The notes under the pieces are model-generated. The model had not been told where the DNA came from. It made no database searches and saw only the letters and a program-made list of their open reading frames with translations. A stretch of DNA of 64,000 nt from an uncultured delta proteobacterium (GTDB lineage Bacteria; Desulfobacterota; Binatia; HRBIN30; BPIQ01). Below, in pieces: positions 30,021-41,189 of this stretch. The stretch is from positions 576,001 through 640,000 of the forward strand of contig CAVXGR010000012.1 of the NCBI GenBank assembly GCA_963761335.1. Reading direction: 5' to 3'. How positions within the stretch are numbered: position 1 is the stretch's first letter; each line of letters starts with the position of its first letter. The position numbers and the translations under genes are program-made.

Positions 30021-30641
30021 ATGTTTCTGACCAAACGCCAGAAGCAGCTCTACGATTACCTGTCCGAGTACATCACCGCCAACGGCTATGCGCCGACCTT
30101 TGAGGAGATCGGCCAGCATTTCGGGCTGTCCTCGCTGGCGACCATCCACAAGCACCTCACCAACCTCGAGCAGAAGGGCCTCATCCGGCGGCAGTGGAAC
30201 TTCAGCCGCGCCATCGAGCTGGTGCCGCAGCCGAAGAGTGCCGGCGCCGTCGAGCTGCCTCTTCTCGGCCAGGTCGCCGCCGGCCAGCCGATCGAGGCGA
30301 TCGAGACCGACGACACCATCGCCGTGCCCGATGACTTTGTGCGCGGCCAGCACACCTTCGTGCTGCGGGTGAAGGGATCCTCGATGATCGACGACGGCAT
30401 CTGGGACGGCGACTATATCATCGTCGAGGAGCGACAGGCGGCGGAGGACGGGGAGACGGCGGTGGTGCTGGTGAACGGCGAAGCGACCGTGAAGCGGCTC
30501 TATCGCGAGAAGGGCGGCCGCCTGCGGCTACAGCCGGCCAACGAGGCGATGGTCCCCATCGTGGTGCCCGCCAGAGACGTGAGCGTGCGCGGCGTGGTGG
30601 TGGCGGTGATGCGCAAGTACCGCGCCGGCCGCCACGCCTGA
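30021..30641 (+). CDS. lexA: SOS repressor LexA
   Basis: LTKRQ, wHTH, GQVAAG cleavage site, GSSM, ATVKR; SD GGAGG. Confidence 0.96.
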   Translation: MFLTKRQKQLYDYLSEYITANGYAPTFEEIGQHFGLSSLATIHKHLTNLEQKGLIRRQWNFSRAIELVPQPKSAGAVELPLLGQVAAGQPIEAIETDDTIAVPDDFVRGQHTFVLRVKGSSMIDDGIWDGDYIIVEERQAAEDGETAVVLVNGEATVKRLYREKGGRLRLQPANEAMVPIVVPARDVSVRGVVVAVMRKYRAGRHA

Positions 30642-31780
30642 TGTTCTCGCTGTACGCCCACATTCCCTACTGCCGCACCATCTGCCCTTACTGCGACTTC
30701 AACGTGCACCCGGCCCGGCGCATGCCGGAGGACGCCTACGTCGAGGCGCTGGTGGGCGAGCTCGAGCACGCGGCGCGCCGGCCGCCGTGGAGCGGTGCGG
30801 CGGTGCAGAGCATTTACCTTGGCGGCGGCACTCCCTCCCTGTTTGCAGCGGCGTCGATCGAGCGCCTGCTCTCCGCCGTGCGCGGCGCCTTTCCGATCGA
30901 GGCGCCGGCGGAGATCACCCTGGAGGCAAACCCGGGGACGGTGGATCGGGAAAAGCTCGAGGCGCTGCGGGCCGCGGGGGTGACCCGCCTCAGCCTCGGG
31001 GCGCAATCGCTCTCCGCCAGGTCCCTCGAGCAGCTCGGACGCGATCACTCTCCCGAGGAGGTGCCCGAGGCGCTGGGGGCGGCGCGTCAGGCCGGATTCG
31101 GCGACGTCAACCTCGATCTGATCTTCGCCGTTCCCGGACAGACACCCGCCGACTGGGAGTGCGACCTCGAGGCGGCCTGCGCCCTTTCTCCGGACCACGT
31201 CTCGGCGTACAACCTGACCTTCGAGGAAGGAACGGCCTTCTACGCGCGGCGCTCGCGCGGCGCCCTGCATGCGGTCGGCGAAGAGGCGGAGGAGGAGATG
31301 TTCCGGCGGGCACAGGCGCGGCTCGCCGCCGCCGGCTACGAGCACTACGAGATCTCCAACTACGCGCGCCCCGGGCACCGCTCGCGGCACAACTCCAACT
31401 ACTGGAGAGGCGGCGAGTACCTGGGGATCGGCGCCGGGGCGCACTCCTTCGCCCGCCGCGGCTGGGGCGAGCGCTGGGCCAACGAACGGGATCCGCGCCG
31501 CTACATGGCGGCCATCGCCGCGGGCGGCGCGGCCACCGCCTTCTCGGAGGTGCTCAGCGAGCGACAGGCGATGGGCGAGCACGCCTTCCTCGGGCTGCGC
31601 CAGCGGGACGGCGTCGACGACGCCGCTTTTGTGGCGCGCTTCGGCGCCGCCTTCGCGGATCGCTTCCCGCAGGTGGCCGGGCTGTGCGAGGCAGGCCTCC
31701 TCGAACGGGCGCCCGGTGGCTGGCGGCTGACGCCGCGCGGCCTGATGCTGGCCGACGGCGTCTTCGCCGAGTTCGTGTGA
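30641..31780 (+). CDS. hemW: Radical SAM heme chaperone HemW
   Basis: HIPYC-x3-CPYCDF, GGGTPS, EANP, YEISNYA, HNSNYW, GIGAGAHS. Confidence 0.92.
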   Translation: MFSLYAHIPYCRTICPYCDFNVHPARRMPEDAYVEALVGELEHAARRPPWSGAAVQSIYLGGGTPSLFAAASIERLLSAVRGAFPIEAPAEITLEANPGTVDREKLEALRAAGVTRLSLGAQSLSARSLEQLGRDHSPEEVPEALGAARQAGFGDVNLDLIFAVPGQTPADWECDLEAACALSPDHVSAYNLTFEEGTAFYARRSRGALHAVGEEAEEEMFRRAQARLAAAGYEHYEISNYARPGHRSRHNSNYWRGGEYLGIGAGAHSFARRGWGERWANERDPRRYMAAIAAGGAATAFSEVLSERQAMGEHAFLGLRQRDGVDDAAFVARFGAAFADRFPQVAGLCEAGLLERAPGGWRLTPRGLMLADGVFAEFV

Positions 31781-31784
31781 GGCA

Positions 31785-31860
31785 GGTTGTTAGGTTGTTG
31801 CGCTGTTCGTTGTTGGTTTCAGACCCTGATCTCACCTAACAACCCAACAACGCAACAACC
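31785..31860. repeat. Intergenic 8-bp-period inverted element between convergent hemW and metK
   Basis: GGTTGTTAGGTTGTTG... facing ...CCTAACAACCCAACAACGCAACAACC. Confidence 0.8.
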
Positions 31861-31912
31861 TTCGGCTCGCGTTCGGCAAGCCCGCTTTCAACCCCCGGTC
31901 CGCCGCGGCGTC

Positions 31913-33130
<1,218 letters not shown>

Positions 33131-33269
33131 GGGATGTCCCCTTTCGTTGAACTCTTCACGCCTGTATCGACAGCAACGCCACGGGCGCACGGCACACAGT
33201 CGTCCCTCATGAATAATACACCAGTCGCATCATGGTCAAGGACGTCGTCTTTGGCGCCGCCGACGGCCG

Positions 33270-33554
33270 TCACTCCCCCTCGTCGAACAGCCGGTCGATG
33301 AGGTCGCCGATGGCGTCGACGGCGGCATGCGCTTGCGGCCCTTCGGCGCACACCTCGATGCGCTCCCCCTTCCCCGCGGCCAGCATCAGGAGGCCGATGA
33401 TGCTCTTGCCATTGACGATCTGTCCGTCCTTGCCGATGGTGATCTCGGCGTCGAAGGTCTTGGCCATGTTGACCAGCTGCGTCGCCGCACGGGCGTGCAT
33501 ACCGCGCTGGTTCTTGATCTCGAAGCAGCGGCGGATCGAGGACGACTCGTCCAT
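33270..33554 (-). CDS. ptsH: HPr-family phosphocarrier protein
   Basis: GMHARAA (His15 site), NGKSIIGLL (Ser46 site). Confidence 0.93.
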   Translation of the reverse strand: MDESSSIRRCFEIKNQRGMHARAATQLVNMAKTFDAEITIGKDGQIVNGKSIIGLLMLAAGKGERIEVCAEGPQAHAAVDAIGDLIDRLFDEGE

Positions 33555-33556
33555 GC

Positions 33557-34423
33557 TCAACGTCCCAGATCCCGGTGGCGCACCTGGGCCTGCACCCCCT
33601 TCTCGCGCAGCTGCTCGGCCAGACGCTCGACCAGCGCCACCGAGCGGTGCCGGCCGCCGGTGCATCCCATGGCGACGGTGAGGTAGGTCTTTCCCTCGCG
33701 CTGATAGAGCGGCAGCGCAAAGTCGAGAAAGCCGCCGACGCGCTCGAGGAACTCGGCGGCCTCGGCGCGGGCGAGGACGAAGTCGGCGACCAGCGGATCG
33801 AGCCCGTTGCGGTCGCGAAGGCCGCTGACGAAGTACGGATTGGTGAGGAAACGGGCGTCGAAGGCCAGGTCGGCGTCGGCGGGAATGCCGTACTTGTATC
33901 CGAACGAGACCAGAAACACGGCCAGGCGCCCCTCGCGCGGGCTGGTGCCGAAGACGCGGATCAGCTCCTGGCGCAGCTCGTGAACGGTGAGGGCGCTGGT
34001 GTCGAGAACGCGGCTGGCGCGCTCGCGCAGGCCCTGGAGCTTGTCGCGCTCGCGGGCGATGCCCTCCTTGGGGCCGCCGTCGCCGGCGAGCGGATGCGGT
34101 CGCCGCGTCTCGCTGAAGCGGCGCACCAGCACCTCGTCGGAGGCGTCGAGGAAGAGCACCTCGAGGCGATGCCCCTGCTCGTGCAAACGGTCGAGAACGC
34201 GCTCGTAGTCGCGCAGGAACTCGCGCTCGCGGAGATCGACGCCGAGGGCCACGCGCCCCATGGTCTCCGTCGACTGCCGGCAGAGCTCGAGGAAGCGCGG
34301 GATGAGCACCACCGGCAGATTGTCGATGCAGTAGAAGCCGAGGTCCTCGAGCACGCGGATCGCCGTGCTCTTCCCGGAGCCGGAGAGGCCGGTGACCACG
34401 ACCACGGCGAGGGAGGGGTTCAC
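33557..34423 (-). CDS. rapZ: RNase adapter RapZ (YhbJ/YvcJ)
   Basis: GLSGSGKS, DNLP, ETRRPHPL, SFGYKYG, GCTGGRHRSV. Confidence 0.95.
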   Translation of the reverse strand: MNPSLAVVVVTGLSGSGKSTAIRVLEDLGFYCIDNLPVVLIPRFLELCRQSTETMGRVALGVDLREREFLRDYERVLDRLHEQGHRLEVLFLDASDEVLVRRFSETRRPHPLAGDGGPKEGIARERDKLQGLRERASRVLDTSALTVHELRQELIRVFGTSPREGRLAVFLVSFGYKYGIPADADLAFDARFLTNPYFVSGLRDRNGLDPLVADFVLARAEAAEFLERVGGFLDFALPLYQREGKTYLTVAMGCTGGRHRSVALVERLAEQLREKGVQAQVRHRDLGR

Positions 34424-35391
34424 GCCACCGTCCCCCCTCGCGCCCGGATGCGGCGGTCGACCTGGGCCGTGAACTCGCGCGCCGCGAAGTGGCCGCGGGA
34501 CTTGAGAACCTGGTTGCGCACCGCCACCTCGATGAGGATTCCGAGGTTGCGCCCCGGGCTCACCGGCAGGCGCACGAACGGCACCGCCACGTGCAGCAGG
34601 TTGTAGCGCTGCTCGTCGACGCCCAGCTGCTCCGGGACCGTGTCCGGCTCGCTGATGATCAGCTCGACGGCCATGTCGATGGTGTGCTCGTCGAGGGTGG
34701 CGAGGGCGCCGAAGAGCTCGCCGACGTTGATGATGCCGAGGCCGCGCACCTCCATGTGGTGCTCGAGCGCGTCGGGGCAGCGGCCGCGCAGCGCCAGGGG
34801 GGACACCTCGGCCACCTCGACCACGTCGTCGGCGATCAGCTGATGGCCGCGGCTGATCAGCTCGAGAGCCGCCTCGCTCTTGCCCACGCCGCTCTTGCCG
34901 ACCAGCAGCACGCCGATACCGAAGACCTGCACCAGAACGCCGTGCACGGTGATGCGGGGCGCCAGCTTCTTCTCCAGCCAGCTGGTGACGGCGCGGATGA
35001 GAACGCCGCTGTTCAGCGCCGTGCGCAGCAGCGGCACGCGGGCGCGGTCGGCGACCTCCTGCAGCGGCGGCGGCACCTCGGCGCCGTTGGTGACGATGAA
35101 GCAGGCGATGTGGGTGCGGCAGATGCGCTCCAGAGAGCGGCGGGCCACCGCCGGCGCCCGCGAGCTCAGATAGGCCAGCTCGGGGTTGCCGATCACCTGG
35201 ATGCGGTCGGGGTGCAGCTGGTGCACGTAGCCGGCCAGCGCCAGGCCCGGCTTCTGCACGCGCGGCACCTTGACGGTGCGGCCGATGCCGGCGCGGCCGC
35301 CGATCAGCTCGAGCCCCCAGGCGGCACCCTGCTCGCGCAGCAGCTCGCGGATAGCCACGCCGGCGGGCTTCTGTGGGTCAGAGCTTCTCAT
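34420..35391 (-). CDS. hprK: HPr kinase/phosphorylase
   Basis: QKPGLALAGY, HGVLV, GKSGVGKSEAALEL, ADDVV, MEVRGLGII, PGRN. Confidence 0.95.
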   Translation of the reverse strand: MRSSDPQKPAGVAIRELLREQGAAWGLELIGGRAGIGRTVKVPRVQKPGLALAGYVHQLHPDRIQVIGNPELAYLSSRAPAVARRSLERICRTHIACFIVTNGAEVPPPLQEVADRARVPLLRTALNSGVLIRAVTSWLEKKLAPRITVHGVLVQVFGIGVLLVGKSGVGKSEAALELISRGHQLIADDVVEVAEVSPLALRGRCPDALEHHMEVRGLGIINVGELFGALATLDEHTIDMAVELIISEPDTVPEQLGVDEQRYNLLHVAVPFVRLPVSPGRNLGILIEVAVRNQVLKSRGHFAAREFTAQVDRRIRARGGTVA

Positions 35392-35839
35392 CTTCCTCGC
35401 GGATCAGCGAGTAGAGCCGGGTGCCGTCGTCGGCCTCCACCAGGCGGCGGCGAAAGTCGGCGTCCTTCAACAGCCGCGAGACCCGGGCCAGCGCCTTCAG
35501 GTGCAGTCCCGCGGAGTCCTCCGGGGCGACCAGCAGGAAGAACAGCTTCGTCGGCGCCCCGTCGAGGGAGTCGAAGTCGATCCCCCGGGGATGGCGGCCG
35601 AAGGCGCCGAGGACGGCGGCGAGGCCGGGCATCTTGCCGTGCGGGATGGCGATGCCGTCGCCGATCGCGGTGCTGCCGAGCTTCTCCCGCTCCCAGAGCA
35701 CCTGCAGCAGGCGGTCGCCGTCGATCTGCGGATGCGCAGTGGAGAGGTGCCCGGCGAGCTCGCGCAGCAGGCCCTCCTTGTCCTCGGCGGTGAGCTCGGG
35801 GATCACCAGCCGCTCGGGAAGAAAATCGGTAATCTTCAC
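35378..35839 (-). CDS. ptsN: PTS IIA (Ntr-type) protein
   Basis: EREKLGSTAIGDGIAIPHGK, FDSLDG, HLKALA. Confidence 0.92.
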   Translation of the reverse strand: MKITDFLPERLVIPELTAEDKEGLLRELAGHLSTAHPQIDGDRLLQVLWEREKLGSTAIGDGIAIPHGKMPGLAAVLGAFGRHPRGIDFDSLDGAPTKLFFLLVAPEDSAGLHLKALARVSRLLKDADFRRRLVEADDGTRLYSLIREEDEKL

Positions 35840-35841
35840 GG

Positions 35842-36366
35842 CTACGACACCTCGGGTTCGATGAGGCCGAACTGCCCGTCCTTGCGGCGGTAGACGACGC
35901 TGAGCATCTCGTTGGCGGCATTCTGGAAGAGCAGAAACTCGTTCTTCAGCAGCTTCATCTGCATGACCGCCTCGTCGATCGACATCGGCTTGATGGCCAC
36001 GCGCTCGGTCCACACCACGTCGCCGCTCGGCGTATCGACGCGGATCTCCTCGCCGGTCTCGCCGGCGCGACCCTGATGCTTGCGGCTGTTGCGCTTGGTG
36101 ACCAGCTTGCGCGCCTGGCGCTCGATCTTGTCCATCGCCAGATCGATGGCCGAGTAGAGGTCGCCCGTCTCCTCGGTCGCCGTCAGCGTCGAGCGCGGCG
36201 CCTGCAGGGTCACCTCGGCGATGTGCCGGCGCTTGACGACCGACAGCACCACGTGCGCGTCGCTCGGCCGCTTGAGAAACTTCTGCACCCGCCGCACCTT
36301 CTGTTCTGCATACTCCCGCAGCGCATTGGTCGGCTCGACGTGCCGGAAGGTCACTAGAACCTGCAT
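35842..36366 (-). CDS. hpf: Ribosome hibernation promoting factor (long HPF)
   Basis: DLYSAID, KIERQ, KPMSIDEAVMQM, VVYRRKDG. Confidence 0.93.
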   Translation of the reverse strand: MQVLVTFRHVEPTNALREYAEQKVRRVQKFLKRPSDAHVVLSVVKRRHIAEVTLQAPRSTLTATEETGDLYSAIDLAMDKIERQARKLVTKRNSRKHQGRAGETGEEIRVDTPSGDVVWTERVAIKPMSIDEAVMQMKLLKNEFLLFQNAANEMLSVVYRRKDGQFGLIEPEVS

Positions 36367-36404
36367 AGTCGCCCCCTGGTTCGGTAAGTTGATCGGTGGC
36401 CCGC

Positions 36405-37886
36405 TCAGAACGCCTGGCGCCGCTTCGACGACGGCAGAATGCCCATCATCTCGCGGTACTTCGCCACCGTGCGGCGCGCGATGTCGACGTTCTCCTTGGC
36501 CAGCATCTCGGCGATCTGCTGATCGCTCAGCGGCCGCTTGTGGTCCTCGGCGCCGATGATCTCGCGGATCCTCTCCTTCACGCTCTCCGCCGACACGTCG
36601 TCGGTGCCGTCGCCGGCGCGCAGGCTCGAGGTGAAGAAGTACTTCAGCTCGAAGATCCCCTGGGGCGTGTGCACGTACTTGTTGGCGGTGGCGCGGCTGA
36701 CGGTGGACTCGTGCATGCCGATGTCCATGGCGACGTCCTTGAGCACCATCGGCTTCAGGGCCGAGACGCCGTGATCGAGAAAATCCCGCTGGAACTTCAC
36801 GATGCTGGCGGTGACCAGGTAGAGGGTGCGCTGCCGTTGCTGAATGCTCTTGATCAGCCAGGCGGCGGCGCGCATCTTCTCCTGGATGTAGCGCTTGGCC
36901 TCGCTCGTCCCCTCGCTGCCGAGCACCTGCCGGTAGAAGTGGCTCACCCGCAGCCGCGGCAGCCCTTCCTCGTTGAGGACGATGACGTACTCATCGCCGA
37001 TCTTGTGCACCTGCACGTCCGGGGTGATGTAGCGAACGTCCCCCTCGCCGAAGTTGCGCCCCGGCTTGGGCTCCAGGGCGGCGATCTCGTTGGCGGCGTT
37101 GACCACCTCCTCGAGGGTGACGCCGAGATCGCGGGAGAGCTTGTCGTAGCGCTTGCCCTCCAGGAGATCGAGATGGTCGGCGACGATGCGCGCCGGCAGG
37201 GCATCGCCGAGGCTCTCGGCGCGCAGCTGCAGGAGCAGGCACTCGCGCAGGTCGCGGGCGCCGACGCCCGGCGGATCGAGGCTCTGGATGCGCTTCAGCG
37301 CCGACTCCACCACCTCGATGTCCTGGCCGCTCTCGAAGGCGATGTCCTCGATCGCCAGCTGCAGATAGCCGTTCTTGTCCATGTTGCCGATGATGATTGC
37401 CGCCACCGATTCCTCGAGCGGGTCGAGATCGGCCATGCGCAGCTGCCAGATGAGGTGCTCGGTCAGCGACTGGCTGCGCACCAGCGAGTTCTCCATCGCC
37501 GAGTGCTTCTCTTCGTCGTAATCCGATTGCGTGCCGCTGGCCGAGTGCCAGTCGTTGCTGTAGTTCTCCAGGTACTCCTTCCAGTCGATCTCGCGCAGGC
37601 CGTTGTCGGGGGTGAGCTCGCTGGTGGTCTCCGAGACCTCGGGCGCGGCCAGGTCATCCCCGGACTTGGTTTCGGTGGTGTACTGCTCGTCGGTGCGGCT
37701 CTTCTCTTCCTCGACCTCCGGCTCGGAGACGATCTCCTCGAGGACCGGGTTCTCGGTCATCTCCTGATCGATGAGCTGCTCGAGCTCAGCGCGCGACACC
37801 TGCAGGATCTTGATCGCCTGCCGCAGCTGCGGCGTCATCACCAGCTGCTGGCTCAGTTTCTGATAGAGTTTGGTTTCCAGTGCCAT
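36405..37886 (-). CDS. rpoN: RNA polymerase sigma-54 factor
   Basis: MTPQLRQAIKILQ, HESTVSR, ARRTVAKYRE RpoN box. Confidence 0.98.
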   Translation of the reverse strand: MALETKLYQKLSQQLVMTPQLRQAIKILQVSRAELEQLIDQEMTENPVLEEIVSEPEVEEEKSRTDEQYTTETKSGDDLAAPEVSETTSELTPDNGLREIDWKEYLENYSNDWHSASGTQSDYDEEKHSAMENSLVRSQSLTEHLIWQLRMADLDPLEESVAAIIIGNMDKNGYLQLAIEDIAFESGQDIEVVESALKRIQSLDPPGVGARDLRECLLLQLRAESLGDALPARIVADHLDLLEGKRYDKLSRDLGVTLEEVVNAANEIAALEPKPGRNFGEGDVRYITPDVQVHKIGDEYVIVLNEEGLPRLRVSHFYRQVLGSEGTSEAKRYIQEKMRAAAWLIKSIQQRQRTLYLVTASIVKFQRDFLDHGVSALKPMVLKDVAMDIGMHESTVSRATANKYVHTPQGIFELKYFFTSSLRAGDGTDDVSAESVKERIREIIGAEDHKRPLSDQQIAEMLAKENVDIARRTVAKYREMMGILPSSKRRQAF

Positions 37887-37892
37887 ATCGAC

Positions 37893-38621
37893 TCAGAGGC
37901 TGAAGCGCTCCCCCAGATAGAGCTCGCGCGCCTGACGGCTCGCGGCGATCTTCGCCGGGTCCCCTTCCTCGAGGATGACCCCGGCGTTCAGAATATAGGC
38001 TCGGTCGCAAATGCCAAGGGTTTCGCGCACGTTGTGGTCGGTGATCAGCACGCCGATACCGCGGTCGCGCAGCTGCGCCACGATGTTCTGGATGTCGAGC
38101 ACGGCAATGGGATCGATACCTGCGAACGGCTCGTCGAGCAACATGAACTGCGGCGCGGTCACCAGGGCGCGGGTGATCTCGACGCGCCGCCGCTCGCCGC
38201 CGGAGAGGGAATAGGCCTTGGTCTTGGCGAGATGCGCGATGCCGAGATCCTCGAGCAGGCCGGCCAGCCGCTCGCTGCGCTCCTCGGTGGCCAGCGGCAG
38301 CGTCTCCAGTATCGCCAGGACGTTCTCCTCGACGCTCAGCTTGCGGAACACCGAGGGCTCCTGCGGCAGGTAGCTGATGCCCTTGCGGGCGCGCAGGTAC
38401 ATGGGGTCGCCGGTGACCTCGGCGCCGTTCAGCAGAACCCGGCCCTCGTCCGGGCGGATCAGGCCGACGATGGAGTAGAACGTCGTGGTCTTGCCGGCGC
38501 CGTTGGGCCCGAGCAATCCGACCACCTCGCCGGAGCGCACCTCGATGCTGACCTCGCGGAGGATCTCGCGGCCGCCGAGCCGTTTGCAGATGCGATCGGC
38601 ACGCAGCAGGCTCTTACTCAC
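37893..38621 (-). CDS. lptB: LPS export ABC transporter ATPase
   Basis: GPNGAGKTTTF, YLPQEPSVFRKL, LSGGERRRVEI, DEPFAGIDP, ITDHNVRETL. Confidence 0.96.
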   Translation of the reverse strand: MSKSLLRADRICKRLGGREILREVSIEVRSGEVVGLLGPNGAGKTTTFYSIVGLIRPDEGRVLLNGAEVTGDPMYLRARKGISYLPQEPSVFRKLSVEENVLAILETLPLATEERSERLAGLLEDLGIAHLAKTKAYSLSGGERRRVEITRALVTAPQFMLLDEPFAGIDPIAVLDIQNIVAQLRDRGIGVLITDHNVRETLGICDRAYILNAGVILEEGDPAKIAASRQARELYLGERFSL

Positions 38622-39201
38622 CGGGCGCTCCCTGCCCCTTGCCGCGGAGCTCGTCGCTGTTGGGATAGAGCACCGCCTCGACCGGATGGTCGCCGCCTTC
38701 GATGACGCTGCGCTCCTCGTCGAGATAGACGACCACCTTCTCGCCGGAGATGCGGTTGGGACCGTCGATGAGGACGGCGTTGTCGGTGAGCTGCACGGTG
38801 CGATCGCGCTCGTCGAAGACGGCTTTGCCGCCGCTCGCCGAACGCGTGCCCTTGGTGATGGTGACGTCGCCCTCGGCGCGAATCTGCTGCAGCTTGCTGG
38901 CATTGGCATCCGCCAGGGTGACCACCAGCTTGTCGCTCTTCAAGGTCAGATCGCCCTGCGTCACCACCACGCCCCCGGTGTAGGTGAGCACGCCGTCGCG
39001 ATAGCTGAACTCGACCGTCTTGGCGCGAATCGAGATCGGGTCGTGGCGGTTGCCGAGCGAGAAGTTGCCGAGCAGCGGCTCGGTGGCCTTCTTGCCGTCG
39101 ACGGCGGCACGCGCCTGCTGGGCCGGGAGGGCCGGCGGCAGCGACAGCACCCCGGCCAGCAAGAGGACGGCGCGCAGGCCTTCACGAGCTCTGACCCGCA
39201 C
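38614..39201 (-). CDS. lptA: LPS transport periplasmic protein LptA
   Basis: Signal peptide, OstA-like beta-jellyroll (G-x-V-x3-QG), position between lptC and lptB. Confidence 0.85.
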   Translation of the reverse strand: MRVRAREGLRAVLLLAGVLSLPPALPAQQARAAVDGKKATEPLLGNFSLGNRHDPISIRAKTVEFSYRDGVLTYTGGVVVTQGDLTLKSDKLVVTLADANASKLQQIRAEGDVTITKGTRSASGGKAVFDERDRTVQLTDNAVLIDGPNRISGEKVVVYLDEERSVIEGGDHPVEAVLYPNSDELRGKGQGAPGE

Positions 39202-39778
39202 CCTCTGCCTCTTGGGGTCGGAAGTCCATCTGCACGTTCTTCAGCAAGCGCAGCGTCTGCTCGGCGACGTCCACCTCCATCGAGCCGCCCACGGCGTCGA
39301 TGCTCTTGCCGGTGATCTGCACCTGGCCGGGCGCCTCGATGCGATCGCTGCGGCGGTCGTAGCGGGCGTAATCGGTGCGCACCGTGTAGTCGGCCAGGGT
39401 CACCTCGATCGAGCCGGACAGCTCCACCGAGTCCAGATCCTTGCCGTCGAGGGACACGGTGCCCTCGTCCCCTTTCAGACCGACGCTGCGGCCGTCGTCG
39501 AGATAGAGCCGCACCATCGGCTGACGCACCACCACGCGCCGCTCCGCCTCGAAGTAGCGCGCCTCCGCCGCGGCGATCTCCCATACCTTATGGCCGTCTC
39601 GCACCTCGACCCGGTGAAAGTCCTCGATGCGCTGGGCCACGCCCGGAAGGAGATCCAGTGCCTGCCGCGCCAGCGTCGCCTTCCCCTGCTGCCACATCAC
39701 TCGTCCAACCATTATACCCATCCCCAACAGCAGGCCCACCACAGCGAGCATGACCGCAATACGCAACCGTGACTTCAT
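39182..39778 (-). CDS. lptC: LPS export protein LptC
   Basis: Single N-terminal TM, W-x3-A-x2-A-x-Y pattern, synteny. Confidence 0.82.
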   Translation of the reverse strand: MKSRLRIAVMLAVVGLLLGMGIMVGRVMWQQGKATLARQALDLLPGVAQRIEDFHRVEVRDGHKVWEIAAAEARYFEAERRVVVRQPMVRLYLDDGRSVGLKGDEGTVSLDGKDLDSVELSGSIEVTLADYTVRTDYARYDRRSDRIEAPGQVQITGKSIDAVGGSMEVDVAEQTLRLLKNVQMDFRPQEAEGAGQSS

Positions 39779-39885
39779 TGGCGGAATTCATCTGCGGGCA
39801 GGCGCCCCGAGAGCAAGAACAATACCACCGCCCACGAACGGAGTAAAGATAACGTGCCGCGTCAATTCGCGAACCTGTTTTTTAG

Positions 39886-39915
39886 TTGCCCCCGGGTTGA
39901 AACGCATGGTATAGC
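39886..39915 (+). promoter_or_regulatory. Putative csp promoter (TTGCCC-N18-TATAGC, extended TGn -10) implying a ~130-nt leader
   Basis: Motif spacing; long leaders are typical of csp genes. Confidence 0.45.
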
Positions 39916-40054
39916 CGGCGCGGTTCAGAGGTGAAGTGTTAGACGGAAACGCAATGGTTTCGGCATGCATCCGAACTACATGCGGGTTCACAGCAACCTT
40001 CGTCGTCGACTTTCCCTCAACCAGACGTGGATTCCGTAAGGAGGGAGAGCAGCA

Positions 40055-40255
40055 ATGGCTCAAGGGACGGTAAAGTGGTTCAACGGCCAGAAGGGTTACG
40101 GCTTCATCACCAAGGATGACGGCCAGGATGTCTTCGTGCACTATACGGCGATCGTCGGCCAGGGCTTCCGCTCGCTGGAGGAGGGCCAGCGCGTGGAGTT
40201 CGAGATCACCGAGGGGCCGAAGGGCCTACAGGCAGCGAACGTCACCAAGATCTGA
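40055..40255 (+). CDS. Cold-shock protein (CspA family)
   Basis: GTVKWFN, KGYGFI, DVFVHY, GPKGLQA; strong SD. Confidence 0.97.
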   Translation: MAQGTVKWFNGQKGYGFITKDDGQDVFVHYTAIVGQGFRSLEEGQRVEFEITEGPKGLQAANVTKI

Positions 40256-40463
40256 TCGCGTGCCGATCGCTGCCCAGGCTCAAGCGGCAAGGCGGGTCGC
40301 CTCCGCGGCGGTCCGCTGAGATGCGTTCGAGCTTTCCGGGCAGACACTTTCCGATCTTGGGCGGCACGCCGTTGGCCGCCGCAGCACCGGCATTCTTGGG
40401 GGGAGTGCGCGGTCCGGGGGCAGTGCGCCCTCGGTGCCGCCGCGCCCCGCCGCTCCCGTGTCG

Positions 40464-41168
40464 ATGACCGTTCCTCCCCGTCTCGCCGCCTGGAGCGTCC
40501 ACCTCTACACCGCGCTCGGAGCGCCGCTCGCCATGCTGGCGATCGAGGCCATCTCGCGCGACCGCTATGCCACCGCCTTCTGGTGGATGGTGCTCGCCAC
40601 CTTCATCGACAGCACCGACGGCACCCTCGCCCGCCGCTTTCGCGTCAAGCAGGTGCTGCCCCACTTCGACGGGGCGCGCCTCGACGACATCGTCGACTAT
40701 CTCAACTACGTCGTCGTACCCCTCATTCTCGCCTACCACGTGGCACTGCTGCCGCGCAGCCCCTGGGGCCTCGCCATCGCCGCGGCGCCGCTGCTCGCCA
40801 GCGCCTACGGCTTCTGTCAGCTCGCCGCCAAGACCAGCGACCACTTCTTCACCGGCTTCCCCTCCTACTGGAACATCGTCGTCCTCTACCTCTACGTGTT
40901 CCGCTGGCCGCAGGCCGTCAACGTGGCCCTGCTCCTGGGCTTGTCGCTCTTCGTCTTCGTGCCCATCCGCTACCTCTACCCCAGCCGCAACCCGGTGGCC
41001 CGCAAGACCACCTATGTTCTCGGCGTCATCTGGGCGCTGATGGTCGTCGCCCTGGTGGCGCAGATCCCCCAGCCGTCGGTGCGCCTGGCGTCGCTGTCGC
41101 TGTTCTTCCCCGCCTACTACATCGGCGTGTCCCTCTGGCTGCACGCCGGCACGCCGCAGCAAGCGTAG
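40464..41168 (+). CDS. pcs: Phosphatidylcholine synthase-like CDP-alcohol phosphatidyltransferase
   Basis: VHLYTALG, D-x2-DGTLARRFRVK...FDGARLDDIVDY, KT-x-DHFFTGFPSYWN. Confidence 0.8.
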   Translation: MTVPPRLAAWSVHLYTALGAPLAMLAIEAISRDRYATAFWWMVLATFIDSTDGTLARRFRVKQVLPHFDGARLDDIVDYLNYVVVPLILAYHVALLPRSPWGLAIAAAPLLASAYGFCQLAAKTSDHFFTGFPSYWNIVVLYLYVFRWPQAVNVALLLGLSLFVFVPIRYLYPSRNPVARKTTYVLGVIWALMVVALVAQIPQPSVRLASLSLFFPAYYIGVSLWLHAGTPQQA

Positions 41169-41189
41169 CCCCGGGGCACCGCGGCTCCC

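Noticed and set aside
33131..33269. Possible SAM riboswitch upstream of metK
   Set aside because: No SAM-I or SAM-II core motifs recognisable; an Infernal/Rfam scan would settle it
40361..40377. Sigma54-like GG-N10-GC upstream of pcs
   Set aside because: Imperfect -12 element; such matches are common at this GC content
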